64,000 nucleotides of DNA. It comes from Zygnema circumcarinatum SAG 698-1b. Lineage: Eukaryota > Plantae > Zygnematophyceae. The stretch spans positions 3,257,361-3,321,360 of the forward strand of contig CM074805.1 in NCBI GenBank assembly GCA_037447605.1. The letters run 5' to 3'. Shown here piece after piece: positions 25,599 through 37,600 of the stretch. The position numbers were made by a program, and so were the translations under genes. Below the pieces are notes generated by a model. The model saw nothing but the letters and a program-made list of their open reading frames with translations. It was not told the DNA's origin and did no database searches. Each line of letters starts with the position of its first letter. The stretch's first letter is position 1.

Positions 25599-26663
25599 GA
25601 TATACAGCGCGCATCATTGCAGCTTGGCAGCATATTATAGATGAAACATAAACGCCATCGCTCTTATTTTCCACTTCAAATTTGGTTGAACGTGGCTTAG
25701 GGTGACGTATTCTATAGCTCTAGGACTCAGCTTGGGGATCCAGCAGCGGGCTCGGGGAGGGGCAGAATAGAGTAGAAATTGCATTGCACTGCTTTGTGAT
25801 GCGGGGTGAAGAAAAGGGCTTGTGTAGTCGCTGGCTGACTCGGGCTCCGGTCGAATAAGCAATAATTTCCTTGTGGAGATTTAGGCTGTTATTAATTTAT
25901 GTGAGATTCATTCTAATTCTCATATACGAGTTCAGGTGCCGCTGCCTCCTGGTTTTTAGCATGTCGTGATTTTTGGTTGGATACTGACAAGATCGATGTC
26001 GTATCTAAGAAAATCTATTATTGACGAGAGATTTGGCCTAGTCCTGCATGCTCTCTTTGGGCTCCTGTGTAATCTGAGGAGGGAGCTCAATCCGTCTTCT
26101 GCTACTGTGTCGATGGCTTTAGAGGATTTAGGACTTCAAAGGAACGCGTATTGCCATGCTGGTGACTTGGGAGCTCCGCTGGTCGCTGCATGGTGAGATG
26201 TTTGAGCCGCCTAGTTTTTAGTACGGCAGTCGAAACCGAAAGTTGCAACTCAGAACAAGGCACTTGCAATGTTTAGGGCTGCATTCATGTTGTGATGTTG
26301 GCAAGCAGTTGGCACCATTCACGAGTGATATAAAGTGCAGCTCATACTTTACTGGGGCTCAAATCCAAGTCAATGGTTTATAGCCCAACCGATACTCAAC
26401 CGGACGCAGGTTCTTCTATACACGACCACGTCCGGGACTTCGCCCTCCACCGAAGCCCTTTTGTGCGTTCCCAGTCCGTGTCTGCCGTGCCCTCCTGTCA
26501 CCACAACCAGGCCAGTCAGTGGCTGCATGTATGCGAGTGACGCATGACTGGGTCATGACCTCATCGCTGTGACTGCTGGGCCATGGCGTTCGCCCCAAAC
26601 TGCGAGACATGCCAGTGCAATGCATGGAGCCATGCTGATCATCATCTCATCGCATGAGTCTGC

Positions 26664-26949
<286 letters not shown>

Positions 26950-27072
26950 CCATTCGGAGCAGGAGCCGGCGCGGCGCAACAGCCAGCAGCCGCCTGCCCT
27001 CCCTAATGCGAGCGCGGCCGCTGCTAGGGATGGAGCGCTGCGGGAGGGCGCGGGGCGAAGGCGGAGGCGGCC

Positions 27073-29902
27073 ATGGGGCAGCTCTTCTCCTCTTCCTCTG
27101 CGCGCCGCCGCCCGCAGGTCACGGAGGTCGACAAAGCCATTCTCACGCTCAAGGGCCAGCGACGGAAGCTGGCGGACTATCAGAGGAAGGTGAGGGCCCC
27201 CTCTCTCGTTTGGTCTCTCACGCGCCCTCTTTCTTCAAGCTTTCGCCTCACGCTTTTCCGTTCTCCTCTTTCCGTCTCATTATTTTGCTTTGCCTTCCTC
27301 CTCTCTCGCTCTCTCTACTACTCTACACATTTTCCCTTTCCCTATCTTTCTATGTTTTCTGCTCATACGCCTCCCCTTGATCTGAAGGACGTCTGTAGTG
27401 AAACATGTACATGACCCGTTACGCCATTGTAGGAGCAGTCGGCAGAGGGACTATGTGGAGGCAGGTTCCGAGCCTTCTTTCGTACCTGAAATTTAGGTGC
27501 AGTGGTGACTCATTTTAGTACAGAAAATTAGCGCATGTTTTGGCATACTAGGTGTGGTGCCGTTGGAAAGCGCGAAAGTTTTCTTTGAGCAAAGAATAGA
27601 AGTCTGGTAGAGCGCGTGGACGGCCGTATGTCTATTTACCCGGGTTCGCTATGCATGCAGAAGTTCTTGCTGAATTGGTAACGCCTTATACTTGCAAATG
27701 CTAATCGGGATCCCAGGTATTGGAAGAAGGAATGTGTATGTAGGAGGCGTGTCGAACACAGAATGAAATAGAATTTGAAGGCGCCGGTAATGAAATATTT
27801 CGAACTTCTTAGGCCACACCATAGAGCGAGGTTGCTGCAAAACAGGGATGTTCTTTTTTAAGCTTTAAGCGGAAGGAAAGGAGCTTCTCGCCTGGCTGGC
27901 TCTCCTAGCCGCTCTGTTGGACCGTGCACGTACAGTTCATTTAGTTCTTTGAAGTGCAGGCACTTCAAAAAGTAGTAAAAAAATCTAAAATGCTCCCTTT
28001 CACTCACCAGCCGACATCCATGGCTTTCCATGTTTCATCTTGAAGTGAAGTGGCTCTGCTAGCAGGCCATTGTGTCAACTTTAATGCGTCTGTTTTGGAA
28101 ACATCATATCATGAAATGCGTGCAGGTGGAAGCAGTGATTGAGCGAGAAAAGGAGGTTGCAAGAGAACTAATCAAGGCCAAGAAGAAGGACAGGGCAGTT
28201 CTCGCTTTGAAAAGAAAGCGTGTCCAGGAGGAAGCATTGAAGAATGCAGACGTTTGGGTCATCAATGTGGAGCAGCAGGTGGGCTATAACGGATTCTGTT
28301 CACTTTATCCATTTTCACTTGAAGGAATATGGCCCGGGTCGACATTAACCTGGATATTGACTGCCTTGTATCACGTTGCAGCGAATGGATAGCACTGAAA
28401 TTATATTACAAATTCCTGAGCTTTGTGAATTTTCGTCATTTATTATACATATAGAGATCCTCGTAGTTCCTCTCAAGTAATCATACAGCTGTTTTCTGCG
28501 GATTCAGTTGGCGGATATCGAGATCGCAAGCAGACAAAAAGCGGTGTTCGAGAGCTTAAAGTCGGGGCAAGCGGCCATAAAGGAGCTGCAGAGCCACATC
28601 AATCTGGAGGACGTGCAAATGCTGTTGGATGAATCTGCAGATGCCAAGGCCTATCAAAAGGTCTCTCTCTCTCTCTCGCTCTCTCTCTCTCGCTCTCTTT
28701 CTTTCTCTCTCTCTCTCTCTCTGTGTCGCTCCCTTTCTCTATCACTGTCACAACTTTCTATTTTTTCACACTGCATACACATGCTTCCTCTGTCGTTCCT
28801 TGCTTCCCGCCATGCGGCTGATCTGTCTCACCGTGTGGCTGCATTCACCTTACGGTAATTCATTTAGCTGCATTTAAAGGAGCTCCATTACATGGTTTTC
28901 CGTTTAGACGGGATAATCGATAGGATGAATTGATGAGATTGGTCAGGTGGGGACATGAGCAGGAGGCCGAGGCTATGCTGGGACAGCTGTCCGAAGAAGA
29001 CGAGGAGGCTGTGCTGGCGGAATTGGACAGCTTGGAGGTGGAGGTGAGTCTTTTGAAATAGTTGATATAAAGGAGTTTCATTCACCTTGTCGACTCTCAT
29101 GGCTTCCTGATGTCTTTTGCCTGCTTTGAACCTTTTTTGCCTTTAGCTGGAGCAACATCTGTACTTGCTGGCGGGAATTGGTGGTCTTAGTGTGACGATC
29201 ACTCATGGTCATGCAGCTGTTGGAGCGCGGAATTCATTGTTGCCATTAGATCCCTGGTGGATCTAATGGCAACAATGAATGAATGAATGAATGAATGAAT
29301 GAATGAATGAATGAATGAGTTGTGGGTCTAACTTATTGAATGCAGAAAATGGGTTCTACTTGTTGCCAACAATCAAGTAAATTTCAGGAGCTTAGATTCT
29401 TGTTGTGGCTGACACTTAGGGTGCTCTGGCAGTTGGGCTTGGAGGGATTGGAGGATCTGGAGGCACCTCCTTTAGAGCTCCCGTCAGTACCAACGACGCC
29501 TGTTACCAAACCCGAGATATTGGACGCCGACGAAACTGAAGCGGAGGAGGAAGCTGTGTCTCGAACAAAGAGCTCTGCAGCGAGGGAAAAGGGTAAGCAG
29601 GCTGCTGGGGGGCCCTCACCCTGTGGGAGGGACCCCTACCTTCTCTTGCCACCTCCATTTTGAGTTCCTTTCTCGGCTGAAATTGCCGCAGTTGTCTGAA
29701 TGTAGTGGGAACTTTTTCACTGAAAAAAAATATGCGTCATTATCTCGGTGATTTAGACGGTTGTTGCTTGCGAAACGGTCACGCGCATAGTTTGTATTGA
29801 AACTAGGTCTTTGGTGCTGAGAGGGTCATTGTTGGTGGGCTTATCAGTTATCAGTTATCCTTTTCGGTTTCTGCAGTGATGGAAGACCCGCTTGCAGCGT
29901 AG
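27073..29902 (+). CDS. VPS20: ESCRT-III subunit VPS20/CHMP6
   Basis: Exons 27073-27189, 28126-28278, 28508-28660, 28963-29043, 29433-29592, 29877-29902. MG myristoylation start, [19 protein letters not shown], Snf7 helices, and C-terminus MEDPLAA*. Confidence 0.92.
29232..29318. repeat. Perfect 22-bp inverted repeat (5-nt loop) running into (GAAT)n in VPS20 intron 4
   Basis: ATTCATTGTTGCCATTAGATCC (29232-29253), loop CTGGT, GGATCTAATGGCAACAATGAAT (29259-29280). Confidence 0.95.
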
Positions 29903-30715
29903 TGCGCTTCCAAGATTTGGGAAGTGAAAGCAGCGATTAAACTGGAAGCAACGCACATTGCGGAGGGTCGACTGAGGACTTGCTCCACTTTCAACGTGTT
30001 TGGAGAAGCCCCCAGCCAACAAACAGTGAGGGTCCGCTCCCTTGGAGACATGTAATTTGTATAGCTATTTTCTTGGTTGAACAAAGACGTCATAGGCATG
30101 CAGAGGACGCTCTCAGCTGATGTGTGTAATCAGCAAGCTTCTCTTAACGTTAATAATAGTTCATCGCTGAAGCTCTTTTTGCCAAAATGTGCAGTCTTCA
30201 AATGTGAGTACATTTTCCAGTCCGCCAATAATTATGACTGCGCATCGAGGTCTCGATGTGGTGTTCCAATCCAATGGGGCCGTGTGTGCTGTGTTGATGG
30301 CAGCAATGGACTGCGAAGCATTACCATAAAGCTTGTGGTTCTGTGAAAACCTTAAAGTCCTCATAGAACTTGACTGCCCGCAACATAGCCAGGTCACTTG
30401 AGACCCGTCACCTATTATACACAGCTCTAAGGGACGAAAAACCAAACAATAATAACCCTCGATTCTTTTGACTTGCGTCTGGATGTAAAGAAGGATTGCT
30501 GTTGCGAGCCTTTGTTGAACCCAAGGATTCTGAGGACGCTATGAAATCTATGGACATCGCTCCCCACCTTTTTGAAATTCTAATTCCTTGACCTAAACAC
30601 AAAACCTTCGGTTCAACCGAAAAGGCTCCTAACAGAACGCACGCTCTAGTTATACAAACGTAGTTCGAAACCCGTTTTTCCTTCAGCTCCACCGGCCAGC
30701 TCTTTCAAACCACTG

Positions 30716-32434
30716 TCATCTACAGCAGCCCTGCTTCATCTTCTCCGGCTCCGGCCTCTTCATCCACCTGCTCCATTCAAGGCGCCTCGCATCTCCACTG
30801 CAGAACAATGGAAAGAAGCGCAATGAAGGACCGTTCAAAGCTGTACTTTCAACAGAGGGAGAGTTCAACTGTTCAAAGGACAGCAGTGAACAAATGGATA
30901 GCAGACCTTCCAGATGTCTGTTCCAGATTCTCCCTCTTTGCTATGCAAAACACGCACTTGAAAGATTAACTAACTGTAGACACTAACAGAAGGAGGAAGG
31001 TCTCATCCAAAACACTTCCAGTGAGTAGATATCCGTTATGAATGCATCGAGTGAAAAAAGGAAAAACTTTCTCAGGCGTTGGCTGACAGCAGCAAGAATA
31101 TGACAACTTTCAAGCTCAGCACTCGAATTGCAGACGTCCAGGAAGTGGGGAGCTGACCTAGCAAGCAGGGGCTCAGGTTGTGTCAGAATGAATTCAACCA
31201 ATCTGTAAAGCGAGGCAGATGTTAGACAATCCAACTGCAGAACGTAAAGCAGACGTGCCTTATAAGAGTGGAATATTACAAGACGATGATACTGGTCGGA
31301 TAGAGTCACGATCCTCACATGACAAGCGCATCATACTTCGAAAAAAATCCGCAGCGTTTTCAAGTCATCATATATTAACGTGGGCACAAGGAGGCAATTT
31401 GTTGTGCTATATCCAAAACCGCATCCATATCGGATTGCTTATGGAGTGGAGTCTTAAGCTGAATGAGAGAAATTCGGATTTCAGTGCTCTTCAATAAAAG
31501 AAGTGCCAATAGCATTGATGATTTTTTCATGGACGAGTTAAATAAATTGAACACTTCATGTGTGAACGTTTTACCCTAGTGTCATGATGTGGACACAGTT
31601 TCGGTAATCACGACCCAAGGTGAGGCCTTAGGCTTGCAAAGCAATCAAGGTATTGTGCGCTATATGAGAAAAATAGTGTTTCACAGATCATCTGATACAT
31701 CAACCCTAGAAAGGCTGATGGCAATTTAAACCCTAATTCAAGCGGTCAGCTTTTCGGGAAAATACGGACTACTTGTAAATAAGCATCTTAAAATCCACCA
31801 ACTGCAACGTATTAGCGGATATTCTCAGATAGGAATCGCGAGAGAGAGAGCCAACTCACTGTTCACAGGGCTCTGACGCAGGAGGAAGGGATTCCACCTC
31901 CCTCAGCTCCTTCTGCGCGGATAAATGGAAGTGAAATGTACAAACTTTTTTTAGCTAAATGACTTCATTCTTGTATACGAAAATTGTCTCGAGAAGGCAC
32001 GATGCATGACAACGGGCAGGCTGCTATGTGTACCGCCGACGCGCTTAGGAGACATCAAGTTTTGTGTGAGAAATTACATCAGTAATGCATGATGTCATAA
32101 TGTCAAGTTGCCCACCATGATGTCAGAATGCAGAACACCGATGAACAGATGATGCTTGAATGCGTGAAGCATGATAATGCCTGATACGATGTTATTGTGC
32201 ATGATGCTGTGATGCTTGACGAATGAAGCATGACGATGTTTCCAAACGCCGTCATGGAATGTCGCAAATCGTGCCGACCAACCATGATATCCCGTTGCTA
32301 ATGCGACCTGCATGATGCAACCCTATGCCACCATGACGCCATGGATTGCATGAGTGCACCTTCAGCGCTTCAACCTCCCTCTTCAGACGCGCGAGCTTTC
32401 CCTTCTCCCCGTCCCCGCCCGCCTCTCTCCCCAT
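30716..32434 (-). CDS. Heterotrimeric G-protein gamma subunit (84 aa)
   Basis: Exons 32434-32360, 31912-31860, 31202-31158, 30797-30716 give MGREAGGDGEKGKLARLKREVEALKKELREVESLPPASEPCEQLVEFILTQPEPLLASGDARRLEWSRWMKRPEPEKMKQGCCR. This has the coiled coil, the PAS..C..L motif, the (D/E)PLL motif and the W.RW motif of plant Ggamma. Confidence 0.88.
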
Positions 32435-32609
32435 CCCCCTCACTCCCTCCCACCACTCCCTCCCACCACTCCCTCTCCCTCTTCCTCTCCCCCTCCCTCC
32501 CTCTCGAGGCCGCTCCTTAGAGTTGGAGGCAGCGGAGGAAACTCCCTCCTCCGTGTCTCTGCCACGTCAGCGTCCCGGGGACACTGACGGTTGACAAGTG
32601 CCTTCAGAG

Positions 32610-33007
32610 TAGGGATGGCCCGCGTTATAAATTCCGAATACATTATATACTTTACAACGGGTATTAAAGTAGTAATATATTACAAAGTAAAACACTTTAT
32701 TACATATATTATACCCACTCGTTTTGAACAATTGAGCGACCGTACGACCGTACCCGTACGGTCGTACGGTCGTACCATACCAAAATTAGGTCGTTTTGGC
32801 GTTGGCGTTGCGAAATGCGTCCGCCTGGTTCACTCTGTCTGCTCGTGCTCGTGCTCGCCGCCGAGAGGCAGGGACATGTACGGTCGTACAACCGTACGCC
32901 CGTACATGTTGTAAAGGCGTTGTAAAGTAATATATATCAGCCGTTAACTAGTCGTCACAGTTGTATAATATAATATATATTATATAGTCGTAATTAATCC
33001 ATCCCTA
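32610..33007. mobile_element. Non-autonomous hAT-superfamily MITE (398 bp)
   Basis: 9-bp TIRs TAGGGATGG (32610-32618) / CCATCCCTA (32999-33007) resemble Ac/Ds ends. Perfect 8-bp TSD CTTCAGAG at 32602-32609 and 33008-33015. Internal ACCGTACG-type repeats; no coding capacity. Confidence 0.9.
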
Positions 33008-33280
33008 CTTCAGAGCGGAGGAGCTGTCCGTACCGTCCCTACCGTCCGTACTGAGGGTGCCTGCAGGTTCGCAGCTCGCCGCAGGCGATCCAAGGAGGAT
33101 ATACGGACAGCAGCACGGCCGGGAATACCGTCACCCGTTCCGGTTGCGGTTACAGCCGCATCCCCGTAAAACTATGCGCCATGTAGCGCGGTATTTTCGG
33201 GCACAGTGTAACGTCGTCGATGTGAAGCTTCACGCGTGCGAGCCCCCGTTCGTTCGTTCGCTACTTCGTGAACATCGAGC

Positions 33281-33360
33281 AGTATCGATATATATCGAAT
33301 TGTATCGATATATATCGAGTGGTATCGAGTGGTATCTAACGGTATCGAGCTGTATCGAAA
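33281..33360. repeat. Eight TATCGA-type motifs at an exact 10-bp period
   Basis: agtatcgata/tatatcgaat/tgtatcgata/tatatcgagt/ggtatcgagt/ggtatctaac/ggtatcgagc/tgtatcgaaa. Confidence 0.9.
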
Positions 33361-33900
33361 GCTGCCCTGCGCGGGGCGGGCGAGCGGGCGCGCTGTCGGT
33401 CGGCCCTCGCCGCCGTCACCGTCCACTTGCCGCCACGTGGCGCCTTCTCCGCGGCAGTCCCATCCGGCCATTTCAGGCCCGCCAGCCTGGCGGGGGCTGC
33501 GTAACGGCCAGCGTCCGTCCGTCCGTCCGTCCGTCCGTCCGTCTGCTTTTACCCGGACGGGTCTGCCCGTCGGCCGGCGGCCGCCGCCGGTGGACTGCCG
33601 GCAAGTCCGCTCCGGTCCGGTCCGGTCCGGTCCGGTGGCCTCGATACGAGCGTGCCTGTACGGCAACCGATCTCCGTACGGATGACGAGCCTCGGCCCGA
33701 ACCGGCGGCACCGGGCGCGCAGGTCCGGGAGTCCGAGCCGGCCGAGGAGCCGGACAGCGCCGTGCCGCCGGCGCGGAGGCGAGGGGAGTGGCCGGCGAAA
33801 GGGAGGCGCTGGACGGCCGGCCCTCCTTCCCTCCCTTCCTCCCTCCTGTGGTGACTGCGCTGTTCGCGGACTATGGCCCGTGGCTGTGGGCCGTAGGAGA
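33360..33900. promoter_or_regulatory. GC island with (CCGT)n and (CCGGT)n runs and a G-box, probably the upstream region of the Ggamma gene
   Basis: Very high GC and GCCACGTGGC near 33431. The nearest gene start is the Ggamma ATG at 32434. Confidence 0.4.
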
Positions 33901-34674
33901 GGGCCGCCCTCAAAGCACACGGCAAATTTGCAATTTCGCAGACGAAATCTTCAGCATCCAGAAAAGCACTTCGTAGTTCGCAAAATTGATATTGCATAGA
34001 ATTTAATGAATAGAGTTTTTTGTAGAGAATGTGGTTTGAGTAGCAAAAAACGTTTTTTTTTCTGACACCTGTTTGGTTTTACGGTAGCACACTCAACAAC
34101 CTACTCCCCCCATCCAGCACATTAAATTCTCGAAATTCGGAAATTCAGTCAGAACTTTGAGACACGGACGCTGTCAAACCCGACAAGTCACAGAATTTGC
34201 AGGATCCGAGATTCTTACGAATTACTGACGAATTTACGTAATTTAGAAGGTACATTTTCAGATCGTTGAAGCAGATCAGTGCTTTAGTGACCGACGACCA
34301 CTCCGGTTTGCTTTTGCTTTTGCGACCAAGAATGCAAAATTCAGTGCATTTGGAAGGGAGGGTTTGGCGTGCACGTGGTTCCATGCACAAGCCTCCCGCT
34401 CCCTTTCCACGTCAAAACTGCATGTCCTGCACTATGCTACTCCCGGCCCTAATTTGCTACAGATGATGTATGTAGGTATGTATGTATGTATGTGTGTATG
34501 TATGTACATGAGGCAATTACGCTGTACTGAGAAAGAGCTCGTTTACAAAACAGCCTCAATCCATGAAAATCCCAAGTCCCAGCTCCGACTGCCCCATCCA
34601 TGCTGTGTCCCTTGTCCGCGACATTCTCATCGTACTCTCACACTTCGCGACCAGATCCTCCCGCACCAGCCCCT

Positions 34675-37600
34675 CTACGGTCTTCCCAACTCCCCTTCGG
34701 CAGAACGCCCCAAAGATTCTGAGAGTCTCTCCGCAGTACCGGAAGTGCTGTGAATTTCTGATCCCCACCCCACCAGCAACCGTGCCGCTTCAGCAGTTGC
34801 CTCTTCCTCGACAACCGCTTCCAATGCCGCATCAACTAAGTTCAAATCGAAATTCCTCACAACCTTCCTCGTTCCAGCACCTCCATTGCAGGGACGCTCT
34901 TTGCCCTCTCCCGACCTGTGGCCGTGTTCTCCAGCTTCCCTAACATCACCAATGGACTTGCTCTTGCATTCCTCCCTAACCCTGACTGCTACACCGCTCT
35001 TCGCTTTCTGCCCTTTTTCAGCCTTCCCCCCCTCACTCTCCTCCTCCGCCCTCCACTGTTGCTCTTTACCCAGCAGCTTCATCTGCTTTTTTGGATGTAT
35101 GGACGCCCTGGCCTTGCCCTTGTCTGACCAGTCCGCCGCCATTCTGCCTCCTGCATCATCAGCGCCACACGCCGGCAAGGGCGCGTCAGCGCAAGCATCG
35201 GACTTTGACTTCACTTGTGCCGCCCCCCTCAGTCCAGACGCGTTCTTCTCCACTGGGGTGCCTTTCGAAGTCACATTGATTGCAGCTCTCTCCCTGTTTG
35301 CACTATTGCAGTTAACTAGTTGCATGATTTTAAGGGCTTTTGCACCACGACCCCCCACCACTTGAGAGCTAAAGCTTTTCCCTGTTTCCTCCTGCCTGAC
35401 CCTCTTCCCAGCAGCAGCACTTGTCGCTCGTTTAAGCCCCGTTTTCACTATCTTGTTGTCGCGCTTTGTATCCACTATTTCTTTAACTGCCTGCACAGAT
35501 TTCCTTCTGCTGCTATTTCCAAGGAGTTCAGCAGAGCTCCCATTTTTTCCTGACACGGTCTGTCCAGCCTTAGTCAAGGTCGCATCTGTCATCTCTGATA
35601 CTGAAATCCTCGCTCTTTTTTTCACTTTAGCCAGATAACTCACCTTCCTGTGAATACCTTCAGCAACACTTCCGGTTTTATCCGCCAAACCTCCGCGTTG
35701 CCCCCCACACTCTTCACTCATCCCCTTCAAGCTTTCGGGTTTACACCCTCCTGATTGCAAGTGCATTGCACCCTCCTCAACAAATTTTCCGAGCTCACTC
35801 TTCTGCCTGCTCTCACGTTTCGCTCCTCTCCGCTTAGACTTCATTCTGCCCACTCTCCTGTCTCTGTCATCCCCATCCCCTTGTTGAGCTCTCTGTTTCA
35901 GCTTTGTTCGACTGTTGCAGGACCTCCCGGCATCCTTTTTGCGCTGTTGTGCCTCCTCGGAGCACAGTGCCCATGGCCCACTCTGCTTGTCCACTTTAGC
36001 CACCAACTCCAATACAGCCAACTCTTCAGCCCAATAAAAGTCACCCTTCTGAAAGCTCCCTCGTCTCCTTCGCTTGGGAGCTGGATCAGTTTGAACAATC
36101 GTATCAAGGCAATCGCCTATTCTTCCAGCTCTTTCTGCCTTCTCGCCATCTGCACCTGCTGCATACTCAGGCCGAAGATCACTTTCTTTTCCAACCATGC
36201 AAGAGCTCTCTTGCCTGCCTCTCACCTGCAGAAACAGTGGTATGCTCTCACTGTCTATGGGAAACATCTCAGACGTTGCCTGTCCTGCAGAAATCCCGCA
36301 ACGATGCCCTTCAAGAGCTTGTTCTTGAACTCCAGAAACTGAATTATGACTGAAAAGTCTGCTCCCATCTTCTGCTGCCGTTGTAAGCAGCATATGTTCT
36401 AAAGAAGCGCTGCACGGCTGAGCAAAGCCGAGCAGGGAGAGAGGGCTTCCATGCTCTCCACCCCCGAGTGTGCCCGGCTCGAGGGTGCTCTCTCTTCTTG
36501 AGATGCAGCCATGGGCGAGAGAGGTGGCCAGCAGTGCACGTTGAAACTCGCCCTCCGGAAAAGGAGGAATTTGAACTTTATCAACTAAGGCGCTGTCCTG
36601 CTGCAGGTGATGCAAACAGTACCTGCTCATCAGAACTCCCCCACCACAGAAATAAATCCAAAAGTCAGTGGAACCGAAGGGCGTGAGTAGGGCGAGCAAA
36701 AGACGGCCAAGGCAAGAGGGAGAATGAGGGAAAAAAATAGGAGAAGGAGAAGACACAGGAGGCATTAGAGGACAACGAATTATCAGGAAGCATAAATGCT
36801 GCCAGTACTTTGATGCTGAAGCCTACAGCTTGCACAAGAGATTGTGCTCGCTTTAACTCAGTGAAAACAGAAGGCAAAGAGACCGACTGTGATGGCAAGC
36901 ACAGAGCAGAGAGTCCATAAAGCATCTGGACAATGACAGACAGTGCGACTCCAGTGAATGCAGAGATTTGACAGCAGCTTCTGCAGCGAAGGGCCACTGC
37001 ACATCTATGGCGTTGGCTGACAAGCACAGCCAAAAGACAAGGTACAATATGTCCTTGCTGTGTTACTCTCAAAGTAATATCCTCTCCCCGTGCACTCCGG
37101 CCATCTCCATCAGTTTTGCAGCAGTAAAACCCGTATTCGATGACTATACCTTGGCATTGGAAGCTCTTTGGACACAGGCATTTGGCACTGCTGTCCACCC
37201 GCCAATTGGCTCCACCCCTCGCAGGCCGCATAGGGCGCACTGACGTCCTCCAGAATGTGCCACATGCACATGGAACAGCCTGCAACGGCTAGCTGGGTGC
37301 ATGCGCCCTTGGCTGCACATGTGCGCATTTTATCCCCACCTGATGAGGTACTGCATTGATTGACGACATCCCTAAGGAAAGGATATGGCTGAATCACCTT
37401 CCCATTTCTTAAGTCCAGTTCCACAGCCCGGTTCATTGGCCGTCCAAAGGGCATCATTTTGGAGCTATCGGCAGCACGTGCTGAACCTTCTCCAGGGTTC
37501 GTTTCGTCTATCTTTGCACCAGGCTCAGTTAGAATCTCCTCCTCAGCTTGAGAATTCGGCACAACGTGAGTCTGCTTCCTTTTAGGATTCCCCTTCCTCC

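Noticed and set aside
36665-37285. Plus-strand ORFs overlapping genes A and B (also 38104-38823, 46994-47380, 54219-54899)
   Set aside because: Antisense shadows of real coding exons.
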